Assembly (NCBI GenBank): GCA_013265495.1
Contig: MU058844.1
Span: forward strand, 11,058,184-11,122,183
Source: Vicugna vicugna
Lineage: Eukaryota
Direction of reading: 5' to 3'
Length of the DNA stretch: 64,000 bases
This document shows, in pieces, positions 49,877 through 64,000 of the stretch. Made by a program: the position numbers and the translations under genes. The notes under the pieces were generated by a model. It saw only the letters and a list, made by a program, of their open reading frames with translations, was not told where the DNA came from and did not search any database. Each line of letters starts with the position of its first letter. Position 1 is the stretch's first letter.

Positions 49877-50499
49877 GATTTCAGAGTGTTGGTTTGCCCT
49901 GCAACCTTATTTCTCTAGGGGGTCCAAGAAAAGAAAAGTTGCTGATCTCCTGTGCGTCCAAGTTTTTTTTTTTTTTTTTTTATTTGTTATAAGGATACAA
50001 GTGAGGCCCTCCAAGCTCTTTACAAGCTGGAACTGAAACAGTCCCCTCCAGACCACTGTATTCTGATTCTTCTTGGTATTTCTATGATTCCTATTTTGGC
50101 ATTGCAAAAATTAGTAGCTCCTCTTATTTTTCTTTAATAGCTCCTGATTTTATGTTCTCTGGATTTCTGATTAAGGCCTTAATTCTCATGGTTGCGTTGG
50201 TGGAATAATTTTAAGTCCTCAGCGGTCTCTATGTTACCTGATTGTTACTGCTCTTTTAAGTACTAGGGGACAAACAAGCAAGCAAGCAAAAACCCCCATT
50301 ATTTCTGGACTTGTTTACTTTACCTCACTTTAAGTGTCTTCTGTATCTAGGAGCATTGAAAAGTTGTCTCTGATGACATAAAGACACAAATTTATGCCCA
50401 TTATAAGCAAATTACAGACGCATACCTCTTCCTTGAATTGATTCACAGGAAGGGCGTCTTGGACTCCAGCGTCTTGAACTATGGTCTTAAGACCACCTG

Positions 50500-50660
50500 T
50501 AACAAAGTAGTCCAAAGGCTTATCCAGAATGTAGATTCACAGGCCCAAGTGTTGCCCATTAAAACTGAACATCAGCGGGTGGGCCTGAGAATATGGATTT
50601 TATTAGCACCCCAGGTGATTTATATATACATACTGTATTTTGAGAACTACTGTCTTAAAC
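50500..50660. mobile_element. MER5A-like hAT DNA transposon
   Basis: 'aatgtagattcacaggccc...aactgaacatcagcgggtgggcctgagaat...caccccaggtgattt...tttgagaactactg'. Confidence 0.7.
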
Positions 50661-53054
50661 ATTTATCATTAACTTCTGTTATTAGCTATAGTAAGTCAAG
50701 AGATATCTAAGCCCACCTTTGTCCAAGAAAGTGACTATTTACCTAAGTATCAATCTGCCTAACTAAATGATAAATGTAACCCAGATTATTATGGGCTGCA
50801 TGAACCAACAACACACTTATTTTTCAAATCCTTTAATATTTTAACGATTCATCCTGTGGAGCTGTTTATTTCTTCAACCAGGGCAGAAGTGTGAAAGATT
50901 TCTTCACAGTTCTTCTAATTATACAGTCACACTATCAACCATGTAAAATGAATCAATATTGCAATGTTGCTCCAGTGCGCTGCTTTTGGAAGAAACGCAC
51001 TATGAAACTAAGCCACACTGTCAATCTTAAAACAAAACTGAGTCTAGACTGAAATGAAACAGAGCATCTCACAATCAAAATAGAAGCTATCCTATCTGTT
51101 TCCCTCCTGCCGTCTTCAGAAAGGGAGCTAAGAGAGCCGATAAAGGAGCACCCAGTATCCCTTTGACTATTCGAGTTTACTTTCTTCACATCTTAATGAG
51201 AAGTCCTCATACAACATTCTCCTTATTCCATTAAAATCTATTTAAAAAAATGAACCCTTGGCATTTTATATTTTTCGCTCCATTTCTGGAACATGAGTGT
51301 AAATAAAAATTGAGTTGAAATGTTCCCTTAGTCCTACTTTATCTTTCTTTTTTTCCATCCCAGCTTACTTTCCCCTGTGATCAATCAAGGACTGTGCAGG
51401 AATAATGCAGGTGTCAGTCAAGGTCAAAATGGAAATTTCTGAAAAGAATGCAGTGTAGACAGAACTTTGCTGAGAAGTAACATTTATGAGTTGATAGAGT
51501 TCACTTATTTCATGGAAAGTCAGAGGATGTGGGTTACATGGAAAAGCTGTCTCAAACTAGGTATGATCTTGTTTGTAATTTATCCACAACTGGCCATTGA
51601 AGGGCAGGAAAGATTCTACTTTTATTGTTCAGAATTTCAAGAAAAGGAAGAGCTTTCTACCACAGAAGATTCTATCACATTGAAAAGCCTATTATGGTAG
51701 CAAATATGATATTCCTATGAAATTTAACGCTGCTGTTTCTATGTGCTGCTGCTGGAACTTGGGATATATATGAAAAAAGCTGTCCTTGTGCAATCATGCA
51801 AACTGCTATCTGAACATGGAATAAACCCTTTTGCTACAAGAGTAGGGAAGTAATAGGAAGGCAAAGACCGCATTCATGTTGAAATTTACATTTACTAAGT
51901 GCTAACCAGGTGTCATGTTCATTATCAGTGCTTTAAATCAGTATTCTATTTAACACTATACCATTCCGGTGAAGTGTTATCATCATGAAAATTTACACAC
52001 AGTGAATCTAAATGTCACAAAGTCAGCACTTGGCACAGAAAGGACTGGAATCCAGACCAATCTAATTTTAAAGCACATCCTCTTTCTTTACATCAGGCCT
52101 TTAGGGATCATGGATCTGCACTCTAGCCTTCATGGTGTCCAGACCTTCCGGTCTCCAAGGATCACCAGCGTCTTCAAGTCACTTGCTAACTACGCCTTTC
52201 ATTCTCTTATTTTTCCCAACTCAGTATTTTGTCATTTTCTTGAACGTAAGACTCAATTCCAACAACAAAAATATTAAATACATTATAATTCCCTTTGATT
52301 TGTGAATCACTTGGGCTAGAATAACATAAAATTGGTAACTAATAGCAATAGGGAGCTCTGAAATAGAAATGTATTTGCTTTCGTAAAAATGTTGAAAGCT
52401 CCTTTAACACCTTATTCAATAGTTGGAACAATCTTGTGTGGGCCTAACAGATATAGCCTTATACACAGCTAAGGGCTAAGAAAAAATCTCATTATATGTG
52501 TTCATTATTTATCTTATCAATATAATTACATAATTTAATACCAAAGCCATCATCCAACACTAAGATTTAACAGAAAAAAAAAACTCATTCTTCCTTCCTT
52601 CCTCTATCTCCCTTTCTTCCTTCCTATCTTTCTTTCTTTCCTTTTTCTTTTTTTTTCCCCTCTCTCGCATTAAAAATTTAGTGAATGTCCTATGTGTTCC
52701 AAACCCTGTTCTAAGCAAGGACATAGAGCAGTGAACAAAACAAAGTCCCAGACTTCAAGGAGCTTTCATTCTAGTGGAATTTTATTTATGTAGAACAGTG
52801 CATTTCTGTTTACAGTCTTACTTTAAAGTTTGCAAATTTTGTACTTTAAAATTTTGCATATTTCAAATAAGACCTGTGAGTACTCTTAATAACAGCATTG
52901 CTTCTACTGAAATAACTTGACTGTTAGTGTCATGATGAAAGGAGTAAGATCTATCCAACCATTCTTGTTCCTGTAGGACATAGGCATAGTTCATGGCACT
53001 CAGATGGAACGCCATAAATATATTGATGAATTTAAGAGGGGTGTACCTGAGGTT

Positions 53055-53302
53055 CCACTTTCTAATGTAGTGGTCATTAACTACAAGTGGTATTTAAATT
53101 TATATTTAAATTATTTAAAATGAAGTAATATTAAAAATTTAGTTCTGCAGTACCATTAGCAACATTCCAACTGATGCACAGCCACATTTGACTAATGCCT
53201 TGTCAAACGCCTGGCCCTGCCAAATATGACCAGTGACTAGTACATTGGACAGTGTGAAAAATGTTGCTACCGTTGCTGTAAGTTCTGTTGGACAGCACTG
53301 CC
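53055..53302. mobile_element. MER33-like hAT-Charlie DNA transposon
   Basis: 'aaaatttagttctgcagtaccattagcaacattccaa...cagccacat...tacattggacagtg...aagttctgttggacagcactg'. Confidence 0.75.
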
Positions 53303-56269
53303 ATAGGATTCTGCCATTAAAACTGATGTCTATTGTTGGTCCAAATGGGTGATTTTTTTACTCATATTATGAGAAGTATGTTTTAGGAAACACTAGTTAA
53401 TATGTGCTTTTGAGAATAGGGAACAGATGTTAAATTTCATCAAATAAATTAAGATGATTATAGCTCTTTAAAAATAAATTCCCTAATACTTCTTTGTATG
53501 ACGGATTTAATGAAGATATATTTCCTCATGTTTAGTGATTCTTGCTTCCCTAGGACACATATGACTTGTGTGTGGCATTTCATTCTTCTCTATGAAATTC
53601 TGAAAGATTTTTTTACAGGAATTTTCCTTTCATACCTTATATTAGTTTATTCTTTGTGTAACATGTTAAGAGTGCTTATCAAACCATTTTTAGCTTTCAA
53701 AATTATTTCTAGGAGGATTTAATCTTTGTCAATGCTATGAACATATCAAATAGCTAAATAATTACCTATTTAAAAATTTGGTCTGGTACATATTTTAGGA
53801 TTTTTTAATTTTAATACAGAATTATTTATAAAAATTTGTGTAATTTATAGCTTCCAATTGCCACATTTATTGAAAATTTCCCATTATGTTAGAAGAGATT
53901 ATCTTTCTTTTATTGTTTAAAAAACTTCTTTACATTCTGGCTGTAATGTCTTTCTCATTCCTGAGGTGTGGCTTTAGTGGCTTCTTTCTTTTTCTTAAAT
54001 ATCCTGCCTGAATTTAGATTTACTCGTAAGTTCTAATGCACTTCTAATTTTAACTAAGCAATTTTTAATTTTAATATTTTTTTACCTTTTGGAGCCGAGT
54101 GCTTAGTTTGTTTCTATTCTTTCATGTTTAAGGAACATGAACATTTTTCATTATAAATTTTCCTCATAAAATTCAGTAGTTTAGTGAGTTATATTAGTTC
54201 TATGTCAAGTGATAAACAGCAACACATGGCTAGTGGCTACACACTCAACAGTTAAAAGAATATTTCCATCACTGTGAGAAGTTCACAAATTCACTATTAA
54301 ACTCACTGTCCACTGTTCCAAATAGGTACTCTTAACGGTATCTCGTAAATTTTTACATGCAACGTTCTAAAACTAAATTGTGAATATTCTTTTATGTAAT
54401 TTGAAACTTGAGTATCTTTTTCAGCAATCAAGATTGTATTTTTCAGTTTCTGTAGTTATCTCTTAGTTAAATTCAAAAATTGTCCTCCAGTGTTATGTTA
54501 CTATGGTGAGAGAATGTGGTTAGTCAAATAACAACTTTGGGAAATTTTCTAAACTGTTCTCTCAAGCTTACTATGAGATCTTGTTTTATAATTGTTTTTA
54601 TCAACATTTAAAGCAATGTTTTATAAACATTTGAAAAAGATTGCCTGTACTCTCTGCTCATAGAGTAGAATGTTACATATTTTACAGATGTATTTTTTAA
54701 ACTGTAGTGGTACATGAAAATTCCTATCTTATTTAAAGGCTCCATTTTTCTTTCAGGTTTTTTCCTACGGTGTCTACAACTGCATGCAGCTATATGTGGG
54801 GAAAATAAAAAATCACATACTTTCTCTTTAAGAACTGACTCTGGTTGGTAACCTGAGGTATCTTCCAAGGATGGCACGGGAGCGGTGTGTATTCTGTTCC
54901 CTGGCACACCAAGTAAGTAGCCAAGAGTAAACCAAGGACATAGAGAGAACTCATGACCCCAGTATTTCTAATCTGCCATATAATCCACAATTTGGAAAAG
55001 GTTTCTACCTTCTATATTTTCCTTTTAAACTGCAAAGCTCTCTTCAAATTTCTAAGCCTTACTGAAGGGGAGGCGGTTTCATTTGAAAAGGAGTCAGTTC
55101 CTAAGAGCTACTTTATATTTTCCACTTAAAAATAAAATGTATCTTCCTGGGCTGAAACCGTTTAACCATGTTTTATGATGACGTACTAGGTAGTCTCACA
55201 TCAGGAGGTGGGAACGCCAGCATTCACTGTAATTATATTTACTCTGTTGCTTAGTACAAGATAACCAACTCATACAGCAGCAGAAGAATTGGGTAGGAGC
55301 AGGAGGCAATCCTTCAGGGGGAATTTGGCACAGAGTAGGTACTTACTCCCTTTTGTTAAATGGGTAAGACGATTAAAATCAGGGAATCTTTGGACCAACC
55401 CTCGATGAATAAATGACAAGAATCTCCAGGTTGAGAAAAAGGAAACAGTACTCTAGAGGAGAATCTTGAAAGAAGGTTGGGGAGTGAGAGAAGCATTTTT
55501 CCGTATCCATCCAGATACATGGCACTAGCTAATAATCCCACTTTCCATTATTAGTGCTACGTTAAATAACTCTAGATACTGGAAAACTCCACATTCCTCA
55601 ATCTAGCCAAAATGCTAGTATGTCATACTTGCACTGACTCCTATAGCACAAACAAGTGCTCTATATATGTTTCTAAGTCCAGTAGTTTTTCATCTGCTTC
55701 TCTACCCTTCCCTCAAGGAAGCAGAAAGACAAAAAAGCAGGAGGTGACATGGAGGGATATCTATGAATGAACGGATTATCAGTACAGATCATTAATGTGT
55801 AACACTAGTGATAATGAGGGCTCACTTGGTCCAGGGTTTATGCAAAACCACATTAAAATAAGTGACAACATTCCATCAGAGAAAAAATTAAGTCCTTGCT
55901 CTCACGGTAAAGATAATGAAAAGTCAATGAATTTTTAACGTGGCATCATTAGGTATTTTCTATCTCTCACCTATGCCATACAGTTAACTCCTAGAAAATA
56001 TTTCTCTCCCCTCTCATTCTGGTACCCCAATTTCTCCTCTCCACATTCCCTGTCCCCCACCGTGAGTGGTGTCTATCTCGCACTCTATCTTTATGCGCAC
56101 GCACAGTGTTCTCCATGTAACCCCTCCCTTCCACATCCCTTTCATAAAATGCTCCTTGTTTCTTAAGCAAAATTTCCCCTTACTTCTTTTTTTCTTGGAA
56201 AATTTTAGAAGCTATGTATATGCTTGCAGACTATCTGGCATGAAACAGTAAGGAAAGTTTCATTCTTCT

Positions 56270-56425
56270 ATCTGGGTCCTGAATTTGTCTCTAATTAGCT
56301 GTGTGTTCTGCACAATATTTTCTCTCTTTGTGCCTTAGTTTCCTTATTTGTAAAATGAAGACCATATATGCCTATCTTAGAGCTGTGATAAAAATGAGAT
56401 ACTTTATGTGAAAAAACCTAGCACC
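56270..56425 (+). mobile_element. MIR SINE
   Basis: 'ctctctttgtgccttagtttccttatttgtaaaatgaag...tgtgaaaaaacctagcac' MIR core. Confidence 0.8.
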
Positions 56426-57069
56426 CAGTTCGGCAATTATTTTTCTCCTCTTTGTCAGCCTCCTCCATTGTTCTAACTGAGCTTCAATGCCTAGAGAAAC
56501 TATCAGGGTAGAAGATTTCACAAGATATCAACTGTTTTTTATTCAGTTCATGCAATGCTTCTTCTATACACATCTGCAGCAATAAAAAAAAATGATGCTG
56601 AAATGGGAAGGCTTACAAAAAAAACAGGGTAGAATGTGGTTCAAATAGGTATATTACAATCGGCTTGTAATGAGTGCATTTTGCACTTTCTTTACTACTT
56701 CCTCCCTTTGAAAAAGGAGGAAACTAACCAGACTAGAACCTTCATTGAATTAAATTATTCAACTTCTAAAGGCTTTTAGGGAATTCTAGGCTGACTTCAC
56801 ACTTGGCTCAATAGTCATAGTAATGAGAAGTCCTTTAAAGAATATAAAGAATATGAGTCTAAGAGGAGGTAAATATATTAAATTTAGGAGATACTATTGA
56901 CTAAGGTTTCATGCAAATTCCTTCTATTTTAACAATGAAAAATAAACTTGAAAGTGTTTAAAATAAATTATTCATATTAACAAAAAAGTATGTTTTATAT
57001 AAAATTAGTAAAAAATGATTAGTCAAGGGGCAGCGTTTTCAGGCTCAGCTTTTTTGAGCTTTTCTAAGA

Positions 57070-57270
57070 AGGCAGCATAGTGCATTGGTTAACTGCTCTG
57101 ATGCAGACATCAGACTTTATGGGTTGGGTAACAGTTCCACCCCTTACTAGGGTGAAACATTCAGCTCTTTATGCCTCAGGCAGCACATCTGTAAAAGTGG
57201 GCTGATGAGAGATGAGCAAACATCAGAGATACTGTTAAAGAATTCCTAGAGCTTCTAGTAAGTGTTAAAT
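57070..57270 (+). mobile_element. MIR SINE
   Basis: 'ggcagcatagtgcattggttaa...ctctttatgcctcaggcagcacatctgtaaaagtggg'. Confidence 0.7.
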
Positions 57271-58299
57271 AAAATGGCTTCAGAAGCCAGTGGCTGTGGA
57301 AAACGGCGTGTATGCAGTAGAAGAGACACGAGCTAGAACCCACGCAGCTATAGCCCCATCTCTGATCTGGTCAGGAGCCTCCTAGGTGTTCCTGCAAAAA
57401 GAAAGGTTTCATTTCTCTGGGTCTTGATTTCCTCATCTGAAATTAGCTCTAATTTTTAAAATTCCATGAGCTATTGCATTTTTAACACCATGGGGAATAA
57501 GATGACTGAATCAAAATCTGACATGTATTCAACATCTGTTCTTAGAATCCACATTTAAAGAACTAAAATAAATTTGCAAAGTCATGGGGCTATAATAGTG
57601 AGCATTATATTCAGAAAAAACCACAAACGAATCCATTACATTCCAAAAGATACCAAAACCTATTGAATGTTGAATAGAGATAAATAATTCTCGTCTGTTT
57701 ATATACCGGTAATCATTAGGGGGAAAAAAGTTGTATAAAAATGCAGTTTGGGATATATAAGGAAATTTTTCTTAGCATGGTTCTCTTTAGAAACAAACAA
57801 CTTTGAAGCCACGTATGAGGACTAACTAGATTTTTGGTTTGTTGTTAAGGAGAAATGTCTTACTCTGGTTTAAATTATTTGGGGAGATGAGATCAATAAA
57901 CAGATTACAGTAAACTGACTACATTTTCCAGGAAGGCTACTTAGGAGTAATGTAAAGAAAAACACATTTAGCATAGATTTTTTAAAGGCCAGCTTTGCTC
58001 TTGCATATGTTTACATATTCTGTTTCCATTCTGTTACCAAATTAATTATATAAGCCAGAAGCAACCATCTAAGAACAGAATGTAATCTGTGCTGTTACAC
58101 TGCCCTTGGTCCTATTATAGAATTATCTGTGAAGATGATGAAATACTGCACACTACTAAGTGATTTATGCCTATCTGCCCATTTATCATTAGAGGTAACT
58201 GGCTTAGTGAAGAGCCTCGAGTCCTACAGCAACGCTGTGTCAGCAGTGGATCTTTGGAACAGTCCGGTGTAATCCTGGTAAGAAAGCCTTATGTCCATC

Positions 58300-58912
58300 A
58301 CCCTCTCAGCCCACCTCTCTGGTTGTTCCCATCTTACTGAATGGAAACATCTATCCAGAAGCACAAACTGAAAGTTTGAGTCACTCCTGACACTGCACCC
58401 TCTTTCATCACCCCTCCCATATTCAATTCATCACTTTTATATTTTAAGTATTTCTTGAATGCTTCCATTTCTCTCCATTTCTAATGCTCCCATCTAACTC
58501 AAAATGCCCGTTTGTCTTCTGTCCTACATGTATTTCCCTCCTCAACCCAACCTCCACCTTTAAATGACTTTGTTCTTAAACTAGGGCCCAATAGCCTTAA
58601 TATGCTTGATTTTCTTCTGTTGGAATATTCTCTCTCCATCACTTCCACTTCAGACACTTTCTCATCCTCAGCAACGTCTTCCCATTTGGTTACTTTCCTT
58701 TATAGGATTTATCTCGCAGTGTATTCATATATTCATTTCTGTAGTTATTTAATTAATGTCTGTCTCTCCATTAGTAAGTTAGTTCCCTGAGAGAGGCCAT
58801 TGGTGCCTGGTTTTGCCAGTCATTTTGGTCCAGTAATTGTCCAGAGCACAGTGCTTGGAGCACAGTTGGTACTGGATATTCTTCACATCAATAAATCAAG
58901 GAATAAATGATT
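58300..58912 (+). mobile_element. L2 3' fragment
   Basis: 'gagtcactcctgacac...attcaattcatcac...gtctgtctctccattagtaagt...agcacagtgcttggagcacagttggt...gaataaatga'. Confidence 0.75.
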
Positions 58913-60714
58913 GTGAATATTATAAACAGCTTTCTGGTTCATGGCTCAGCCTTTGACTAAGGTATCCACCTTTTATCAACTAAATTAAGAGGAAAATAGG
59001 AGAAACAACTGAACACATTTAAACAATCTGTATAAAATATTTCATGTCATCTAGATTATCTTTAATTTGATGGTGCCCTATGGCAATATAATTAAGCGAC
59101 TAGGATACTTTTCATTATTTAAATCTCTTTCTTACCATAACGTAAACACAGTTTTCTCAGAAGTGGTGAGCTTTAGCTTAAAACTCCCGTTAGGCTATAA
59201 TGATGCGCTTTTATTGCATATTACAAAGTGCTGACTAATCCCTATGCAATTTTTACTTAGTCCTGGAATAACTATACTGTTTTTATTTCATCCTTCTTGT
59301 ACTCAGGTTTCGTTATTTTCCTTACTTATTTTTTTCCAACTGTAAGCTCACATTAAGGGAGCCAAATAATAAATTTTCACTAGATACTTCACATATGTTC
59401 CTCACACAATATTACCCAAAAACAAGCTTTCAAGTAGGCGTCTATTCTTTGTAGGCAGAACCCTAACAGATTGTTCAGTCAGACCAAAAGCTTTATTTTC
59501 TCTCACTCTTTCTCTCCCTTCACCCCCATCTTTCATCTTCTTCCCTCTGCTCCTCGCCCTTGTCTGGCTTCGCTTCCACACCGCCTCCTAAACTGTTCTC
59601 AGAGCATCTCCTCGCTCCAACTCCACACTTCTGCCCATCTCTTCTCCATCCCTCAACCTGCTTGGTACACAAAGACATGCCCTCTGGGCTGCAAACACAT
59701 ATCATTTGTTAATTTCTTCTGTCATTTTTCTCCATCGCAACAGACACTTGATCTGTTTTCCCTGGGTTCTTCATCCTAGTTGTCATCCCTGCATTTCTCA
59801 TCGCATACACCACACTCTCGATCCAATCCTGCTCTCTCACTTACTATCCATGTGACTTCTGGCTCTGTGCCTCAGTTTTCCCTACTGTAAATCAGATACT
59901 ACAGCAGTGTTCAGACAGAGGGGCTTGGAGCAAAGACAATTTGTTTAAAAAACAGTATTACAAAATAGAGAGGAACGATTGGTGCAGCGTGGTTATTTGC
60001 TGAGAATAAGAGAAGAAATCAAAACAAAGTACAACGTATTAAAAGCTGAGACCACAAATATCAAAAAAAATGAGGAAACAGCGATATTTGTATTCGTTAA
60101 CTAATGTTACATTTATAATACTTTTTTTTTGCTGCAGATTTTGGCTACAAACTTATTGACTGCGTTTTCCTATGATGGCAATTTTGTACATCATTTTCTA
60201 TAGAGAGATTTTTAAAAAATCAATTTTAGTTCTCCCAGAGTACATTAATTTTATTGATATTTTAGAAATGATTGATTTAGATTTACAATTTATTGTAAAT
60301 AATTGTTGGCAGTATCACAGACATTTTTAGAGTCACCATCTAATTTGGAAAAACATTGTCAACTCTCTTTCATATACGAACTGTAAGACTGGAAGCCACA
60401 TGCTTCTGGGTCTGGGGGTCATGGGAGCCACTTTATATCCTGATCCCACCTTTGATCCTTCATGCAGGAGGTAATAGGTTGGGTACAGGGCATCTCCGAC
60501 CACCTTAAATTGGCCCATAAATTGATTTTAATGATAATATGTTACTTATCTAATGTTCTACGGTGAATAACTTACTTCTATATTAAGATAGGAAATATCA
60601 TCAAAGGAACATAACACGAAAAATACTGTCAGTCTGTTTTATCTTATTTCAAGAGTCTGGAAAAATATGAGTGTTCAGAATGTTGTAATAATGACGTTGA
60701 TAATAAGAATAATA

Positions 60715-60848
60715 AACAACATCTAGAGTTCACTGTGTGACAGGTACTCTTCTAAGCACTTTACATAGATAATAGTTCTTTCCACTACCCTACGTGGTAT
60801 GTGGTTTGTGATTCCTATTTGGCAGATGAGGAAACTGAGGCACTGGTG
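60715..60848 (-). mobile_element. MIR SINE
   Basis: 'tctaagcactttacata...attcctatttggcagatgaggaaactgaggcac'. Confidence 0.85.
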
Positions 60849-62139
60849 AGTTCTTTTCTATCATAGTTAATCTCTACACTGCATATTATTTTTTTCCTTT
60901 CAGCTAAAAATTAGGAGAATTTTACATACCATTCTATGATCAAGTAAAATATTAAAAATCTACCTGAAGTAACTTAAGAACATTTCCCCAAAGACAAATG
61001 TATAGGTAAAATGACTAGATACAGTTCTTTTTTAAACGTCTCTAGACTTTAAGGGTCAGACCTAGCTATACTTGCAAGCTCATGTCCTAGAAATATTGCA
61101 CAGAGTTTACTGCTTAAAGATAACCTGATATATATGGTACAAATGCTGTTTAGGAATTAGAGGCCTGGAGTAGGCTCATCTCTGGTTTGCAGTGACCTTC
61201 CTCTCTACCTCTTTTAATCAACTTCTCTTTGCTTGAAGATTCAAGGCAAAGATTTCTTTTCTGCAACCGTTCTCTCTGCACACCTGAGGGCGGCTGATGA
61301 TGGCGCCTTTACACCATACCTACATCTGGTATACACAAAACTCTCTCTAGTTATTTTTATTCAGTCAGAGGACTACTTGGTTTTATGTGGGGTTTTTTTC
61401 CCTGTAAATATAAACTGCTTGTAACTCAGGGATCTTTTCTATTTGTCTTTATAACAGAACCAGGCACAGAGCTCAATAATTAAATGTCTAGTAAGTCAAC
61501 AAATATCAGAGGATAGCTTTGGAATTCAACCTTGACAACATGTAAGGAATTCTAGCTATTAGAAGAGTGTGTGGTAAAGGATTCATAATTTCAAATGATA
61601 ATTTTTCTAATTTTTTCTAGGATTGATGAATTCTTAAATGACAAATGAATCCCACCTGACTCAAACAAGTTTTGCTAGAATAAGCATGCAAATTTGCACA
61701 TTCGGAAGACAGGTTGCTATTTTATTCTTTTCTACTACTTTTTAAAGTCCTGTGCCTTTTGAATTCTTTTATACAAGTGACAACATGCTTTATGAACATG
61801 GAAATAACAGATCTATTTGAGAATCACTATAATATACTTCACATAACTTTAAGTCTAATATATTGTTTTAAAATTATCTTTGAATATTTCTTTGATCCTT
61901 TCATGTCATAGACTAGTAATTAGTAATTTGCTTTCTCTTTAAAATAGTCCTCTTTTTTCACATTATTTACAACTTACAATATTGTCTTTAATTGTAGTTT
62001 TTCAGTTTTTTAAAATATTTATATACAGATTTACTTTAGAAGTTTAGAATTAGACATTCACATTACCTGCTGCAATTCAAAAGAGTCACAGTGTTATAAT
62101 CAGCTAATGTAAGATATTAAGCAGGACATAGTATGATCA

Positions 62140-62600
62140 GGTTTGCGTTTGAGAAGATCATTCTGACAGTTGCATGGAGGGTAACACTGGAGCTGGAGAG
62201 ACCAGTTACAAGCCTATTTTAAAAGGTAAGGGCTACGGAGGACGAGACATGAATGACAGCAGTGGTGGCCGAGACGAAAACTAAAGGGTAGATTCCAGAG
62301 ATGTTTAAACAAAGAGAAAGAAAAAGGAAATAAAAGGCCGTGGAAGTTGACTGCTTGGTTGGGTTACTTTTTGTAATCACTGGAGTTGTGAACATCTTGA
62401 GTTTGGTGCGGGCAGGCTTTTGGGCTAACAGGTGTCACTTTGCAGTGAAGAAATTAACAACCTGGAGGCCAATACACAGAGGCTATCTTTGGTTCATTTG
62501 CGTAGCCCTCAGTGACTGGTCAGATGTGCAGGATGAGAGAGAGGAAGACTGATGGGTTTCTGGTTTGGAATTCTGGCGAATCATGACAATTTTTTTATGT
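62140..62600 (-). mobile_element. L2 fragment
   Basis: 'gatcaggtttgcgtttgagaagatcattctgacagttgcatggagg...ggagagaccagtta' antisense L2. Confidence 0.65.
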
Positions 62601-62749
62601 TTACTAGAAAAATTAATGGCATCTAGTAGATGCTTAAGATACATGGATGTAAGGATATACAAATGTCAATAATAGAGTTCAGAAATAAGATTTTAGCAGC
62701 TCTGAATAAATGCCTCTGGAACAGTCACTAGTATTACTGAATGATTATC

Positions 62750-62870
62750 ATATATTTAGCACTGCTCTAAAAGCTTTGATGTAGTAACTGATTTAATCCT
62801 CAAAACAACTCTGAGAGCAGCACTATTATAACCTCCATTTACCTATAAGAAAGCTGTGAAACAGAGAAGT
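62750..62870 (-). mobile_element. MIR fragment
   Basis: 'atttaatcctcaaaacaactctgagagcagcactattataacctccatttac...agctgtgaaacagaga'. Confidence 0.75.
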
Positions 62871-63774
62871 AAACAGCTAATAATGAACGTGGAGAAACAT
62901 TTAAGAGCTTAGGATTCAAAACGTAAAAATTTACCATGTCCATAAGCAATGCAGTTAAAGTAATAAAAAAAGGAGACTATTGCAACCAGGAGCAAGATGA
63001 GGCATTTACTGTAGCTGAACACAATTAGCAATATTCTTCATTCAACTATTCCTATAGACATCTACATGCTATATTATGCATCGAGAACAGAGCTATAAAA
63101 AATGTAGTCCTGACACATATACTTACTACTCTTTGGAGAATTTTGAATCTTACAAAAATTGTAAGATGATATAGTCCAAACTTTTCCAATACCTACCATG
63201 TTCTGGCTAATTATAAAAAATGTTTTTAATCACATGCAGCCTTCACTCATCATGCATTCAACACAAATTTACTGAATACCAACCAAGAGTCAGACAATGT
63301 GCTGGATGTTAGGTACACTCTTATGAGTGAGGTACATAAGAAAAACTAAGTTAAGTCAATTTTTAAAGTAACCAGGAATTAGGAAAAAACATCTATCTTT
63401 GTGGGGTTGTTTTTTTTTTTAGATTATATAATTAAGGATCAGAAATGTTGAGAAAATCTCCCAACATCACAGAACTTTGAATTGTTAAGGCTAGATTGTG
63501 AAATCAATGTCACCTGTCTGTAAAAGTCCCTACTCACTCAGTCAACATGTATTGAGAACTTATTAGGTTTCTAACACAAATACAGCAGTGAACAAGGTAA
63601 AGACAGACTTGAGTCCTATCCTCTTGATGCACCATGATCTAAGTCTAGGTCCAAACAACGAAAAACTATCATAAGAATTTAATATAGGACAATGACTAAG
63701 CTTAAAGGACTGAACAAGAAGTGGGAGTTTGGAAAGAAGCTGGAGACTGGAACTGACTGCTATTCAATTCTGCA

Positions 63775-63950
63775 GTACTCAAAGCTCAACAGTCTTGCTG
63801 TCTCTTGATGGTGCCTCCTATTGAGTGAATCTAACAGGAAACCAAGTGGCCAAAGAGAAATGTGGGTTAGAGTCTCAACTCTGAGCATCACAGAGCAAAG
63901 GCATAGAGTGGGAGGTTCGGAGCTGAGAGACAACAGGTAAATGAGAAACA
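63775..63950. mobile_element. MLT1 (MaLR) LTR fragment
   Basis: 'tggtgcctcctattgagtgaatctaacaggaaaccaagtggccaaagagaaatgtgg'. Confidence 0.55.
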
Positions 63951-64000
63951 CGTACTATTTCCTATAGGAGAGAGAAAATTAATTGGAAATGTATGAAGAT

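Larger units (their letters stand above)
45830..50045 (-). mobile_element. Old L1 (L1MD-like) retaining 5' and 3' ends but lacking most of its interior, interrupted by two younger L1 insertions
   Basis: 3'UTR and ORF2 end at 45830-47157; 5' region at 47926-48741 and 49608-50045, ending in 'ccaagctctttacaagctggaactgaaacagtccc', the reverse complement of an L1M-type 5' start. Confidence 0.7.

Noticed and set aside
54740..54860. Plus-strand acceptor 'tccatttttctttcag' followed by a short open frame
   Set aside because: The frame closes before a good donor, and the surrounding 53.5-54.9 kb resembles decayed antisense L1.
1..64000. Prokaryotic-style systems (operons, CRISPR arrays, rRNA/tRNA genes)
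   Set aside because: The sequence is mammalian and repeat-rich; no such structures were seen.

Overview
This is AT-rich mammalian genomic DNA, intergenic or intronic, made mostly of interspersed repeats. I found no recognisable host protein-coding gene, RNA gene or CRISPR array. The L1 ends look laurasiatherian, and I see no Alu, B1/B2, Bov-A/BovB or CAN SINEs, which would fit a camelid-like genome (inference only). The dominant feature is a full-length, young LINE-1 (23031-30204, +) with a CpG-rich 1.76-kb 5'UTR, intact ORF1 (300 aa), a 397-nt inter-ORF spacer, intact ORF2 (1265 aa) and a perfect 16-bp target-site duplication. Other elements are an older 5'-truncated L1 (6686-10301), an ERV1-type solo LTR with a 4-bp TSD (32230-33032), a nested and rearranged L1 complex (45.8-50 kb), many MIR/L2/MER/MaLR relics, and an N gap whose flanks duplicate each other (probable false gap). 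The most unexpected signal is at about 4190-4735: a decayed reading frame whose motifs line up in order with the reverse transcriptase of DIRS-type (tyrosine-recombinase) retrotransposons, a class not known to be active in mammals. Repeat family names and boundaries are by eye and approximate unless a TSD is given.
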